64,000 bases of DNA from Zootoca vivipara (lineage: Eukaryota). How positions within the stretch are numbered: the stretch's first letter is position 1; each line of letters starts with the position of its first letter. Below, one piece after another: positions 25,061 to 37,001 of this stretch. The position numbers and the translations under genes were made by a program. The stretch is taken from NCBI RefSeq assembly GCF_963506605.1, contig NC_083291.1, forward strand, positions 13,454,001 through 13,518,000. The letters run 5' to 3'. The notes under the pieces were generated by a model, which saw only the letters and a program-made list of their open reading frames with translations, had not been told where the DNA came from and ran no database searches.

Positions 25061-25922
25061 TGTTGGATGGCAGCTAACAGATTGAGATTGAATCCTGACA
25101 AGACAGAAGTACTGTTTGTGGGGGACAGGAGGCGGGCAGGTGTGGAGGACTCCCTGGTCCTAAACGGGGTAACTGTGCCCCTGAAAGACCAGGTGCTCAG
25201 CCTGGGAGTCATTTTGGACTCACAGCTGTCCATGGAGGCGCAGGTCAATTCTGTGTCCAGGGCAGCTGTCTATCAGCTCCATCTGGTACGCAGGCTGAGA
25301 CCCTACCTGCCTGCGGACTGTCTCGCCAGAGTGGTGCATGCTCTGGTTATCTCTCGCTTGGATTACTGAAATGCGCTCTATGTGGGGCTACCTTTGAAGG
25401 TGACCCAGAAACTACAACTAATCCGGAATGCGGCAGCGAGACTAGTGACTGAGAGCAGCCGCCGAGACCACATAAAACCTGTCTTGAAAGCCCTACATTG
25501 TCTCCCAGTATGTTTCCGAGCACAATTCAAAGTGTTGGTGCTGACCTTTAAAGCCCTAAATGGCCTCGGTCCAGTGTACCTGAAGGAGCATCTCCACCCC
25601 CATCGTTCTGCCCGGACACTGAGGTCCAGCGCTAAGGTCCTTCTGGCAGTTCCCTCCCTGCGAGAAGCAAAGCTACAGGGAACCAGGCAGAGGGCCTTCT
25701 CGGTAGTTGCACCCGCCCTGTGGAACACCCTCCCATCAGAGGTCAGAGAGATAAACAACTCCCTGACATTTAGAAAATACCTAAAGGCAGCCCTGTTTAG
25801 GGAAGTTTTAAATCTGTGATATTTGATGTATTTTAATGTTTGTTGGAAGCCGCCCAGAGTGGCAGGGGAAGCCCAGCCAGATGGGCGGGGTATAAATAAT
25901 AAATTATTATTATTATATTATA
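25061..25922 (+). mobile_element. L2-clade LINE 3' fragment
   Basis: WMAANRLRLNPDKTEVL...LGVILDSQLSM...ISRLDY* then LQLIRNAAARLV...FKVLVLTFKAL...RAFSVVAPALWNTLP; (TTA)n tail; in-frame stop at 25367. Confidence 0.92.
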
Positions 25923-26104
25923 TTGTTGGACTCCTACTCCCATCAGCCTCAACCAGGGATTGAGACATGGTGGGGCATGGTGCGTATCGGGAGGAGATTG
26001 CTGTTGCTCTGAGGTCCAGCTTGTCAATTTCATATGGGCTGTTCTTTCAGTTGTATGAACTTAAATGCTCTTATTGCCCACTTTCTAAACTACCCCCTAA
26101 AAAA

Positions 26105-26270
26105 AGGGCTACAGCCTCATAGTAAAAAGACTTGTTTTGCATGCGGAAGATTTCAGATTCAGTAGCTGGCATCTCCAACGACGCTTGGGGAAATCTGAAA
26201 TTCAGCAGAGCTACTGCCTGTCAGTGTACTGTATGGAGCTAGGCAGATCTGACTCTGTTGCTTCTTATGT
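26105..26270 (+). mobile_element. Degenerate tRNA-derived squamate SINE
   Basis: Decayed tRNA-like head (TTTGCATGCGGAAG...GGCATCTCCA) and CTACTGCCTGTCAGTGTA body; similar fragments at 6420 and 58880-59020. Confidence 0.55.
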
Positions 26271-26458
26271 CCATATTCATCCAGCCTCAAAGCGAGACCA
26301 TGTGCTCTGTACCAGTGACGTGCTGTCAGTGGGACTAGGCCAGCCCCCTAAATGTTCCTGGCGCCTCCTTCCCAAAGCCTGGGAAGCTTCTGCGTAGCTT
26401 AGTGACTCTTCCCCTATGAAAAGTTTCACCACACACCAGTGCTCTGTGCAATTGCCTG

Positions 26459-26836
26459 TACATGCGGGTGGCTCTGTGGTCTAAACCACTGAGCCTCTTG
26501 GGCTTGCTGATCAGAAGGTTGGCGGTTCGAATCCCTGTGATGGAGTGAGCTCCTGTTGCTCTGTCCCAACTCCTGCCGTCTTAGCAGTTTGAAAGCACGC
26601 CCGTTCAAGTAGATAAATAGGTACCGCTGCGGCAGGAAGGTAAACGGCATTTCCGTGTGCTCTGGTTTCCATCATGGTGTTCTGTTGCACCAGAAGCAGT
26701 TTAGTCATGCTGGCCACATGACCCAGAAAGCTGTCTCTGGACAAATGCCGGCTGCCTCGGCCTGAAAGCGAGATGAGTGCCGCACCCCATAGTCGCCTTT
26801 GAATGGACTTAACCGCCCAGGGGTCCTTTACCTTTA
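26459..26836 (+). mobile_element. Sauria SINE (subfamily B)
   Basis: GCGGGTGGCTCTGTGGTCTAAACC head, CCTTTACCTTTA tail; degenerate TSD CAATTGCCT/CAGTTGCCT. Confidence 0.92.
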
Positions 26837-29320
26837 TATTTTTTACAGTTGCCTCCAATGTTAAATAAAGGGATGAAACATACCCTAATGAAGAACCACA
26901 CGCTGTATGGCAAAATTGCTCCTGAAGCATTCTTGAACACTCACTACTGTTTTGCTAGATATTGTGGGTGGTCTTTAAAGCAACATGAAGGGCAGGGAGT
27001 AATAAATTCTCTGTTCTTTCTTCCCTCAAGCCTGGTAAATCCAACTGCATGGTAGCTTGTTCTGTTGTGCACAGATGTATTCACCCCTTAGAAGTTGCCA
27101 TTATTAAGACATAATCTTACAGTATAAAAACCAGCAGAGTTGCGATGGGGAAAAGTTTGCCCTGCTCTCTCCTTGCTGCTTTTTATCTGTGTACAAGGCT
27201 TGGACAGTAAAGTTGGGTAAGTGGAAGCAGCTCTTGGCAAATAGCCTTGGAAGAGCCTCTCTGCTCTCACTGAGCGAGCGGAACAGATAGTGGACTCTGC
27301 GCTTTCTGTGGCAGGATGCCAAGACTCCTCTCCTCTCCTCTTTATCATCCCATCCCTCCTGCTATAGTAACATGAACTCTTTAGTCAACCTGCTGTGAAA
27401 TGAGCCTTTTGTGTTTGATTTTGCCTGTTGAAAGAACTGCTCCTTTTGGGCTGTGCCAAAATGGGATGTCTTTGTTTATTTCCGTGCTTGCTGCTAGAAT
27501 GGGATCTTGGATCCTGCTGAGGAGGGAATTGAATTGATTGTCAAATTAGTACTTGCCCTAGAAAGAAAGGGATTTTGTTTATCTTCAAAACATGCGTGTG
27601 CGCACACACGCACACATATATATTTTTTTCCTTTTCAGCGTCTTTAATCACTCTTTATTGCACTGGTCACAATGGTTCATTGGCCCTTCCCAGAAGCTGG
27701 ATTTCCAAACAACCAGGTTTTAAAATGGTGTGCTGTGAATTAAATGTAGTTCTTTTCTCCTGGGTTGTTTTTTAAAAATAATAATCATGAAGCCATGAAA
27801 CTTTATGATTAAGAAAGGCAAAATAAGAAAGAAACCCCTCTCTGATCTGGGTTCTCGTCTTCCAGCTATGGCACCCTGATAGGTAGAAACCCATCATTGC
27901 TTTCCTCCCCAAGAAAACAATTTGCTTTTACAAGTATCTTATTTAAATAATATTCGAACTCTTAAAAAATCAAGCCATGGTATCAGATATCATCAGATAT
28001 TTAGGCATGTGTGCCTCTTAGTAGGAATTTTCACACTTTCTTGTTCTCGGTGGGTGTAGTAAGATAAAGATTTGGGTGAAAACAGATTTGGAAAAGTACG
28101 CATGCATATGTGTCTAAAAGGTGCAATATTTTTTTACTTCTCAAACACATTAATCAAGGGTCATTGATTTTGTCTTTTGTTCAATTCTACGTGATTAGAT
28201 TGCAAATAGTACTGAGCAGGTTGCTTTACGATGCAACCTTTCAACTGTCCACAGCATAATTTATTTTTAAAAGACTCAGTACGTTAGCAATTACCTATGA
28301 ATTCAATAGTGCTAATAATGACACACATTTATCAATCTGGTAGCCAAATGAAATAGGGGTGTGTGTGACATTCCCCCCCCCCTCAGAAATCTTATTTTAA
28401 CTTCGCCGTTCAAATGTATGAAAAATGTATGTCTCTTGTAGAAGATAATTAATACTGTTTGTAATGGGAATGTGGTTTTGTACAGCCGTTGATGGCACAA
28501 TATTGAAATCCAGTTGAGAACTTTTTCCTGAGTTTTAATGAATTAATCTACTTTTAGTTAAATTAGGACTGAGAGGGGAAATGAATTTTCATGAAGGTAA
28601 TGGTTATCTTTCAATACTTTAGAAATGCTGTAGATTAAGGCAGCCAAATGAATTTTGAGAATCTCTCCCAAGACGCAAATAGAATAGCTTGCTTTATCCT
28701 GCGCTGGTTCATACATAAGGACTTCATATTCCTTAATCATGTTCTGGAGAGTGCATTAAAAAGAGGGGGGGGGAACCTATTACCTGAAGGGAAATCACTT
28801 ATTCTATGTACTCCAGCCTTGTATGCATGATGCCATACAATGGCAAGAATAAAGAAGCCATTATGAGTAGGATGTAATGGGTTGAGTCATTCTACAGTAA
28901 TATGGACCACACTTATTGTTTAGCATTAGATGCTACACTAGAATCATTTCATAATCTTGACAACCTTGACTTTCATATAAATATGGCAATAGTTATGTCT
29001 CTAGACTATAAGGTCATCAATATAAGCCTGGAAATAATCTAGTAAATGTAAAATGTCAAACACTAGAGGAGAAGGATGCCGAGCAGTGGGTGGATGTTGG
29101 TATTATTCTATTATCTACAGCTATCTCTGCTCAAGGGACCAAGGTGGGGTGCTTGTGTGTGAAAGCAGCCATCCAGTGTGAAAACAAGCAGAATTTCAAC
29201 CCACAGCTTTCAAGAGCACTCCAGATTAGAAAGCAGAAAGATAAACCAACCCCACCAAAACACAGGCTGCATGGCAGAGAACAAGTGTTTGGAATGAAAC
29301 CTACCAAGTAGTGTGTCAAG

Positions 29321-29726
29321 TAGGGATGGCAGATAAATTTGATTCAATTGGCGTTTGAAGCAGAATCTGTCAAATTCACACTCTCCAAAAACAATACGTT
29401 AACCAAAACACACACATACATCAAAGTTTGCACTTGACTCAATTTTGCGGTGCATATATTGGGACAAAATGTGCATTGAAAATGAACGTATTGTTGAAAA
29501 TGACATACTGGAATGCATTATATTTGGAGAAGCTGGTTGCAGAAATTTGCACATTAGACAAAACTGCATAAGCAGCATGAAAGTGCTTTGAAGAATTTCC
29601 ATGAGGAAATAACAACAAACAAACAAACAACAACAACAACGAGCTGCAGAAACGTTGGAAACTGAACTGAAGATCGAAAAAATGAGAAATTGAGAGAAAC
29701 ATTATTAGCAGATCCTTCCATCCCTA
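29321..29726. mobile_element. Old AT-rich non-autonomous DNA element
   Basis: TIR TAGGGATGG...CCATCCCTA; homologous to 3055-3639. Confidence 0.65.
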
Positions 29727-30410
29727 ATGCAGAGCCTTGAGCATCTTTCCGAATTTTCCAAAGCTTTTCACAGGAATGGATCAGGTTAGTTCAAATTGGA
29801 TTTCACAGAAATCAATTTCCAAAGGGATCCCTAGATGCATTGCATGGGTGGATCTCTGGGGCAGAATTGTAAATCAGGATCTGACTGAATGGGCCGAATT
29901 CATAAGTGGTACTGAAGGTTCCAGTCTCTCTTCCCCTAAGAGGCACGAGCAAAGGAACTCTGCTTCTCCAAACTTTGGTTTCACCACACTAAAAAGTTAC
30001 CACCCTTTTGCTGTGTTTCCTTTATTGCAAGTACTCTGACAATGGTCTTATTATTAATATTACTCATGATGTATCAATTTGAGTTACAGCTCTATGTTGC
30101 TGTTTGCTTTAACTCTCATTCTATTATTTCCTATGTGCAACAAATTGCTTAATAATTGAATGCTAAGGGAAATGCAGTACTGTAGTAGTTAGGAGAGAAA
30201 GAAAGAGAGTAGAAAACAATCACCATGGAAGAGTGATTTGTTTTGTGGGCATAGTATAGTTTAAACAAATATTCAAAAATGTATGAAAAAATTTAATTCA
30301 GCTTCAGAGTGCTCCTGCCTTCCTCAACAAAACAGTGGCTTATACTCTTGATTGTTTTCATTTCGACAGATGTCTAATCAATGCTCAGTACCATGACATG
30401 GCAACTAGAG

Positions 30411-30570
30411 AGGCAGTGTGACGTAGTGGTTAGAGTGTTGGAGTATGACTGGGGAAAGCTGAGTTCCCATCCACCATTGGTCATGTGACCTCAGTCTAGT
30501 CACTCTCTGCCAGGCTAATGTTGCTCAGAGGATCGTGATGATGACATAATTTGAAGAGCCACCATGTAGT
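30411..30570 (+). mobile_element. Old MIR-like tRNA-derived SINE
   Basis: GGCAGTGTGACGTAGTGGTTAGAGTG A-box-like head and GTGACCTCAGTCTAGTCACT core. Confidence 0.55.
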
Positions 30571-30878
30571 CATGGATGGAAAACCTGACTTTGGATACAG
30601 ATTCAAAAATGGAATTTTCCGTCAAAAAAAACCAACAACAACAAAACCCTGGCCTGGCCCTGTGCCTGTAATATTAGGCAGATAAGGAGAATTAGCAGGT
30701 TACGCATACCCTAATAGACAGATGAGAAACTTCTGGCTCTTTATACTGTATATTGCTGGCATCCCGGCTTCCATCAGCATCATCCAGCATGGAAGGGGTC
30801 AGGGATTATGGGAACTGAAGTCGAACACTATCCAGAAGACCACAGGTTCCCCCTCCCTGCCTTTATACCTGCTGGCCT

Positions 30879-31950
30879 TTGTTGTTGTTTAGTCGTTTAG
30901 TCGTGTCCGACTCTTCGTGACTCCATGGACCATAGCACGCCAGGCACTCCTGTCTTCCACTGCCTCCCGCAGTTTGGTCAGACTCATGTTGGTAGCTTCG
31001 AGAACACTGTCCGACCATCTCATCCTCCGTCATCCCCTTCTCCTTGTGCCCTCCATCTTTCCCAACATCAGGGTCTTTTCCAGGGAGTCTTCTCTTCTCA
31101 TGAGGTGGCCAAAGTATTGGAGCCTCAGCTTCAGGATCTGTGCTTCCAGTGAGCACTCAGGGCTGATTTCCTTCAAAATGGATAGGTTTGATCTTCTTGC
31201 AGTCCATGGGCTCCAACACCACAATTCAAAAGCATCAATTCTTTGGCGATTCAGCCTTCTTTATGGTCCAGCTCTCACTTCCATACATCACTACTGGGAA
31301 AACCATAGCTTCAACTATACGGACCTTTGTTGGCAAGGTGATGTCTCTGCTTTTAAGATGCTGTCTAGGTTTGTCATTGCTTTTCTCCCAAGCAGCAGGC
31401 ATCTTTTAATTTCATGACTGCTGTCACCATCTGCAATGATCATGGAACACAAGAAGGTAAAATATCTCACTGTCTCCATTTCTTCCTCTTCTATTTGCCA
31501 GGAGGTGATGGGACCAGTGGCCATGTTCTTAGTTTTTTGATGTTGAGCTTCAGACCATAGTTTGCGCTCTCCTCTTTCACCCTCATTTAAAGGTTCTTTA
31601 ATTCCTCCTCACTTTCTGCCATCAAGGTTGTGTCATCAGCATATATGAGGTTGTTGATATTTCTTCCGGCAATCTTAATTCCGGTTTGGGATTCATCCAG
31701 TCCAGCGTTTCGCATGATGAATTCTGCATATAAGTTAAATAAGCAGGGAAACAATATACATCCTTCATGGATCACTGCCTTGTCATGGCGAAGGGGCTTG
31801 AATAACTCAGAGAAGCTATGAGCTATGCCATGCAGGGCTACCCAAGATGGACAGGTCATAGTGAAGAGTTTTGACTAAATGTGATCCACCTGGAGCAGGA
31901 ACTGGCAACCCACTCCAGTATCCCTGCCAAGAAAACTCCATGGACAAAGA
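30879..31950 (-). mobile_element. Internally deleted Bov-B derivative (5' region fused to RT C-terminal half)
   Basis: GCILFPCLFNLYAEFIMR...NINNLIYADDTTLMAESEEELKNL and C-terminal Bov-B motifs; (CAA)n tail; TSD CCTGCTGGCCT/CTTGCTGGTCT. Confidence 0.92.
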
Positions 31951-32950
31951 CTTGCTGGTCTAGTTGTTATTTAAAGCACCAAATCAAAGAGGGGTTTTTT
32001 ATAAATAAATAAAAAAGCTAGCAGTCCTCCTTAATAGCCTTTGGTCCCTTTCAACTTTGTAAATCTGTATGCCAAATCCATGATTGCTGGTTTGATGCAA
32101 TAATTGTAGCTGTGTTCCTGGGACACACATTTTACATACGCAGGCACCTTTTTTATTTGACTCAGCCTTTATCTTTCTTGTCTCCTGGTGCTAAATCTGA
32201 CTTCTTTCTGTCTTTGGGATAGTGCTAAAAACGTCTTAAGTATTTAATTTCAATGCGGGTTTGTCGGAAGGGAAACACCGCTGATTAATATGCTGGTTTC
32301 CTTGGTCTGTACTTAAAAAATGCAAGTAAAAGTGCACAAAACTATAATTAAAGAAAAATTTGACCCGCTGTGCTCTCAGCATCATCTGTAGAGGTACAAG
32401 TAATTGTTGCATGATTATATATTCTCATCGGCCTAAAGCATGAGAGTAATTGAGTGAAAAAAATCCACACATTATGGAAAATGATTACTGCCTTTGAGCC
32501 ATAATAAACAATGACATTCTCATTGTGATGGTGCTAAGCAGTAGAATAAATGAGAGCAGCCTACTTGAATGCACACGCTCAGGATCATTAGCAACTCATG
32601 TAACCCCCTAGTAAATAATTGAATCATGGGATTGTCCACAGGGTTGGCTGCTGAGGAATGGAGATATTGAGGAAGGGGAGCAAGACATAAATTTAACTAT
32701 GACTTACTGAGCAGGCATTTTGATGGTATGCATGTAGTCTTCCTGGATTGCCAAGAATTAAAAGGCTGTTGGTAATGCCGATCATTATTATTGATCATTG
32801 GTCTGGCCCTTTGAATATGCATTACAAAGTTTGTTGCAAAAACCCATTGGGGCAGACCAGTGGTTTTCTATTTTTTTCAGAGATCCCTTTTCTCATTGCC
32901 TTGTCTATAGAGAAATGCCTGTGTGTTCCCAGAGTGCACATAGATTGCAG

Positions 32951-33543
32951 ATGGCTGGGGGCAGAACACTGAAATAAACTATTAATAAAAATAAATAAAA
33001 AGCAAAGATATGCACAGACCTTTGGCCCATGCACACTGCCAGGTCTCTCTTCCTTTTGTGATGTGCCTGAATGAAACGTGGAAGTCTCCAATTCCATGTG
33101 AACTAGGAGACTATGGTGACTAGGTTCAGAACCATAAGGCTTTCAAATCATGGACTGAAGTGGGCTTTGGTTTCCTCGGGCATGAGTGGCACTGTGGTCT
33201 AAACCACTGAGCCTCTTGGGCTTGCCGATCAGAAGGTGGGCGGTTTGAATCCCTGCAGTGGGGTGAGCTCCCGTTGCTCAATTCCAGCTCCTGCCAACAT
33301 AGCAGTTTGAAAGCAAGCTAGTTCAAGTAGATAAATAGGTACCACTGCGGTGGGAAGGTAAACAGTGTTTCCATGTGCTCTGGCTTCATTACAGTGTTCC
33401 ATTGCACCAGAAGTGGTTTAGTCATGCTGGCCACATGACCCAGAAAGCTGTCTGTGGGCAAATGCCAGCTCCCTCAGCCTGAAAGCAAGATGAGCGCCGC
33501 AACCCCATAGTCGCCTTTGACTGGACATAACCTTTACCTTTAT
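32951..33543 (+). repeat. Inverted duplicate of 60385-60990 (about 230 bp flank plus Sauria SINE subfamily B at 33178-33543)
   Basis: Flank aligns to the reverse complement of 60762-60990 with about 11 mismatches by manual count. Confidence 0.92.
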
Positions 33544-35906
33544 CTTTTTACTGGTCACACTCCCATTCCTGGAGTGCACGCCCTGGATAATACCCACTGC
33601 TTTCCTGTGGCTGTGCACTATAGGGATAGTTCAGCACTAACAAGCAGTAACGTTCTCTGAAGTGACAATGGGAAAGCTTCTACTTGATTGCTGACCTTTG
33701 CAAACTACCACAGTGACACATTTTTTTAATCTGATTGTACACATAAAGTCATCTTTAGAGAGTCCTTCCCTGGGAGTCCTTGCTGTCTGGAACAAAGTGG
33801 TTGGTTTCTAGATTTGTGTTGATCAGCTGCAACAGATATAATTGTGGAAAGAAATCAAACGGTGTCTGTTTGCTAGTGGAAGAGACGCCATTGGTGGAAC
33901 AGATTCCACCTCTTCTCCTACCTACAGATTCTTCTGTGTGTTCCCCAAATCTTTTCTTTGGGGGATCCTCTGGAGCAGATTTGGGAAACACAGTGGTTTG
34001 CAGAAGGGATGGAAAGGAAGGGGAGGTACAGTTGTGTAAGTCTGCTTGTGCAACGTTGGATGCTACCCACAGACTTAATAAAATGCGGAGTCGTGAATTC
34101 TCACAGGAGAGTGAACTTGTGCCTCTTCTGTGTCCTCTATTTTGCTTCGGTTTCTAAAAGAACTGGAAGACTTCAGTGTCACTGGATAAGTCCTTCCAAT
34201 TACTGTAGTGCTTTTGTTCCTGTTGTTTGCATAACAGGAAAGCATGCCACCGTGGAATTTTCTCTCAAATCCTATATATCCATCCAGCACAATTGCCAGA
34301 CTTCACTTGTCTGAGGACACCTCCATTGCTGCCTAGAAAATGGGCCATCTAATGGAACAAGGGCAAGCATTAGCCCTAATTAGGACTTTTATCTGAGGAC
34401 ATTACAGCAATTATAATTGAAACACATTAGTTATAAAGAGAGGGGTCCCCTCTCTTTCCAAAATTGGTTAGTTTTTCTCTTTCCATTTCACTAGCTTGGG
34501 ATAATGAAGAGCTCCTCAAGGAAATGAGAAAATCAATAAGGTTTCTCAAACTATCTATAGAGCAGGATTCTGGAACCTTTGGCTTCTGCATGTTGGAATA
34601 CAACTTGCGCCATTGCTCACTGTTGGCCAGGCTAGCAGGAGCTGATGGGAATTGCAGTCCAACAAAGTCTGGAGGACTATAGCTTTCCCAGCCCTTCTAT
34701 GGAGGACTTCATGGTGTTTGTAGATGAAAGTTGACCAGATATCACTGTACTGTGAATTGCTAGTCAGTTAATTGAAATGGTGCTTTCAGTTAGCACAATG
34801 ACAGCAAAATGGTTGGTTATCAGTTCCAAAATGGTAGGCGTTTTACAGTGCGCTACTCAACTTGCAAACAAGGGTGTCAGAAACAATGGGAAGTGGATGT
34901 TGCAAAAAAAGGGAGAAGTTTAAAATCCAGTGATAAACTCTTTAGCAAAATGCTGATGAGCCAAAAGTCTGGGTGATTGGACTAAGGTTGTTTTTATTAC
35001 AAGAAAATTCATTTGACTTTCATGACTCTCTCTCTTTTAAGCTATCATTGCAGAGACCTTGGAAAATCAGGACCTCTCAGAATATATTCCTTTTATCAGA
35101 TATTTTGAACATAAATTACAGAGTGCCTTCGCACTCTCAGAGCCCCACTCCAGGAGAAAATGAAATTAAGTGACTGAGCTTTAAAAACTAGCAGCTGTAT
35201 GTTTAGAATATGAAAATACGAGGCGGTGGCGGGGAGTGTGATCCTGCCATTGTATCCAGCTAGAGATGAAACGGGAGAAGTCGAGCATCATCTGTGCTGT
35301 GTGAAGAAACAAGCGTAGGGAAGAGAGCTTTGTAGCGTGGCAGGGAGACGGCCTCCCAGGGCTTTGCCAAAGTTTATCCAACAAAACATAAAAGCTGCCT
35401 TTACAACATGTCCCAAGTGTCTTCCCTGCTCGCCAACCCCATTCCCCCATTAATTCAATGTATTTGTGTGCTAAGCGCACAGTGCGGGAAACTGGTGAGA
35501 TTCTAACAAGTGCCAGATGAGGCCCCAAACACCCACAGGACACTCAGTGTGGCAGCTGATGAGAGTGTGAGTCACATAGGCCTGTTGGATTCAGCAGTAT
35601 ATGCCAGGTAGCACTGGTTTGATTATTCATTTTTTTACAGACATACGCACACACATAAAAAGCAGCCCCCACATACTCTTGGGAGTTGAGGAAGCTGTAA
35701 ATAAATAATAATAATAATAATAACTAAATAAAGCCTGTTCACTATGTGGACCTACTAAGCAAGAAAACACTATGTAGGAGGATATTTCTGGAGTGATGAA
35801 CTGCCAAGGAATACAGGGAACTTTCCCTTCTGACAGTCATGTGGGAGAAGGAATGTTACAGCAGGTCTAGCTTTTTTTTATTCTTTGCCTTTCGTCACTC
35901 CAGTTT

Positions 35907-36563
35907 CATGCCCTCCAACGTTTCTCTGATGAACGTCCTATTCCATAATCATCATTTTATTATTTATACCATGCCTACCTGCCTGGGTTGCCCCAGCCAC
36001 TTGAGGCAGCTTCCTACATACAGTGGTACCCTGACTTACGAATTTAATGCGTTCCAAACGCACATTCGTAAGTCAAAAAAAAAATAATTGTAAGTCGAAC
36101 CCCATAGGAATCCATTGGGAGAAAAAATTCGTAAGTCGAAGCAACCCTATCTAAAAATTCGTAAGTCGAAAAAATCCTATCTAAACCGCATCCAAGATGG
36201 TGGACGGAGCTCCGTTCGTAAGTAGAAACATTCATAAGTAGAGTTATTCGTAAGTCGAGGTACCACTGTATATATAAAAACATAATTAAACGTTTTTTTA
36301 AAAAAAACTTTGCTATACAAGAGCTGCCTTCAGATGCCTTCTAAAGGTTGTATAGTTACTTATTTCCTTGGCTCACGGAGATAAGCATAACTCCATACCA
36401 TCCGATGAAAATAGGGACGTCCTACCATACCCTCCAACATTTCTCTGAGGAAAATAGGGACGTCCTCAGGAAAAGAGGAACATTCTGGGATCAAATCAGA
36501 AACCAGAATGGCTTCTGGAATTCCAGGGCCATCCCTGGAAAATAAGGACACTTAAAGGGTCTG
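35907..36563. mobile_element. Composite DNA-transposon-like repeat with L2 cargo (second copy)
   Basis: Collinear with 1666-2016; right end GGACACTTAAAGGGTCTG is an inverted match to the CATACCCTCCAA left end. Confidence 0.7.
36021..36268. mobile_element. Tigger-like MITE (distinct subfamily), nested
   Basis: TA|CAGTGGTACC...GGTACCACTG|TA; internal TTCGTAAGTCGA repeats with intact CpGs. Confidence 0.9.
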
Positions 36564-36791
36564 CAGGTTTTCATACTGTAGGCGTGAGAAGATGCAATAC
36601 GCCGGGGGTCCCCTAACCTTGATATACTGGGGGGGGGCACATTTTGAGATCTACAATATTGCCATGGGCGCACAGATGTTGCTTGCCTGAGTCTTCAGCA
36701 ACAAGAGGAAGGGTTGTCAAGCACCCAGCAGGCCACTATATACAGCACTGGGCAATTTGCTAAAAATTAAAACAGTCTTATATAGCACCTT

Positions 36792-37001
36792 TCCCTGGAA
36801 AAGACGCTTATGGTGGGAAAGATTGAGGACACAAGGAGAAGGGGATGACAGAGGACGAGATGGTTGGACAGTGTTCTCGAAGCCACCAATATGAGTCTGA
36901 CCAAACTGCGGGAGGCAGTGGAAGACAGGAGTGCCTGGCGTGCTCTGGTCCATGGGGTCATGAAGAGTCGGACACGACTAAACGACTAAACAACAACAAC
37001 A
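36792..37001 (+). mobile_element. 5'-truncated Bov-B 3' end
   Basis: Perfect 12-bp TSD ATATAGCACCTT; GACTAAAC and (CAA)n tail. Confidence 0.92.

Noticed and set aside
33755-34314. Cluster of overlapping ORFs as a host exon
   Set aside because: No recognisable protein motif in any frame and no convincing splice-site pair.
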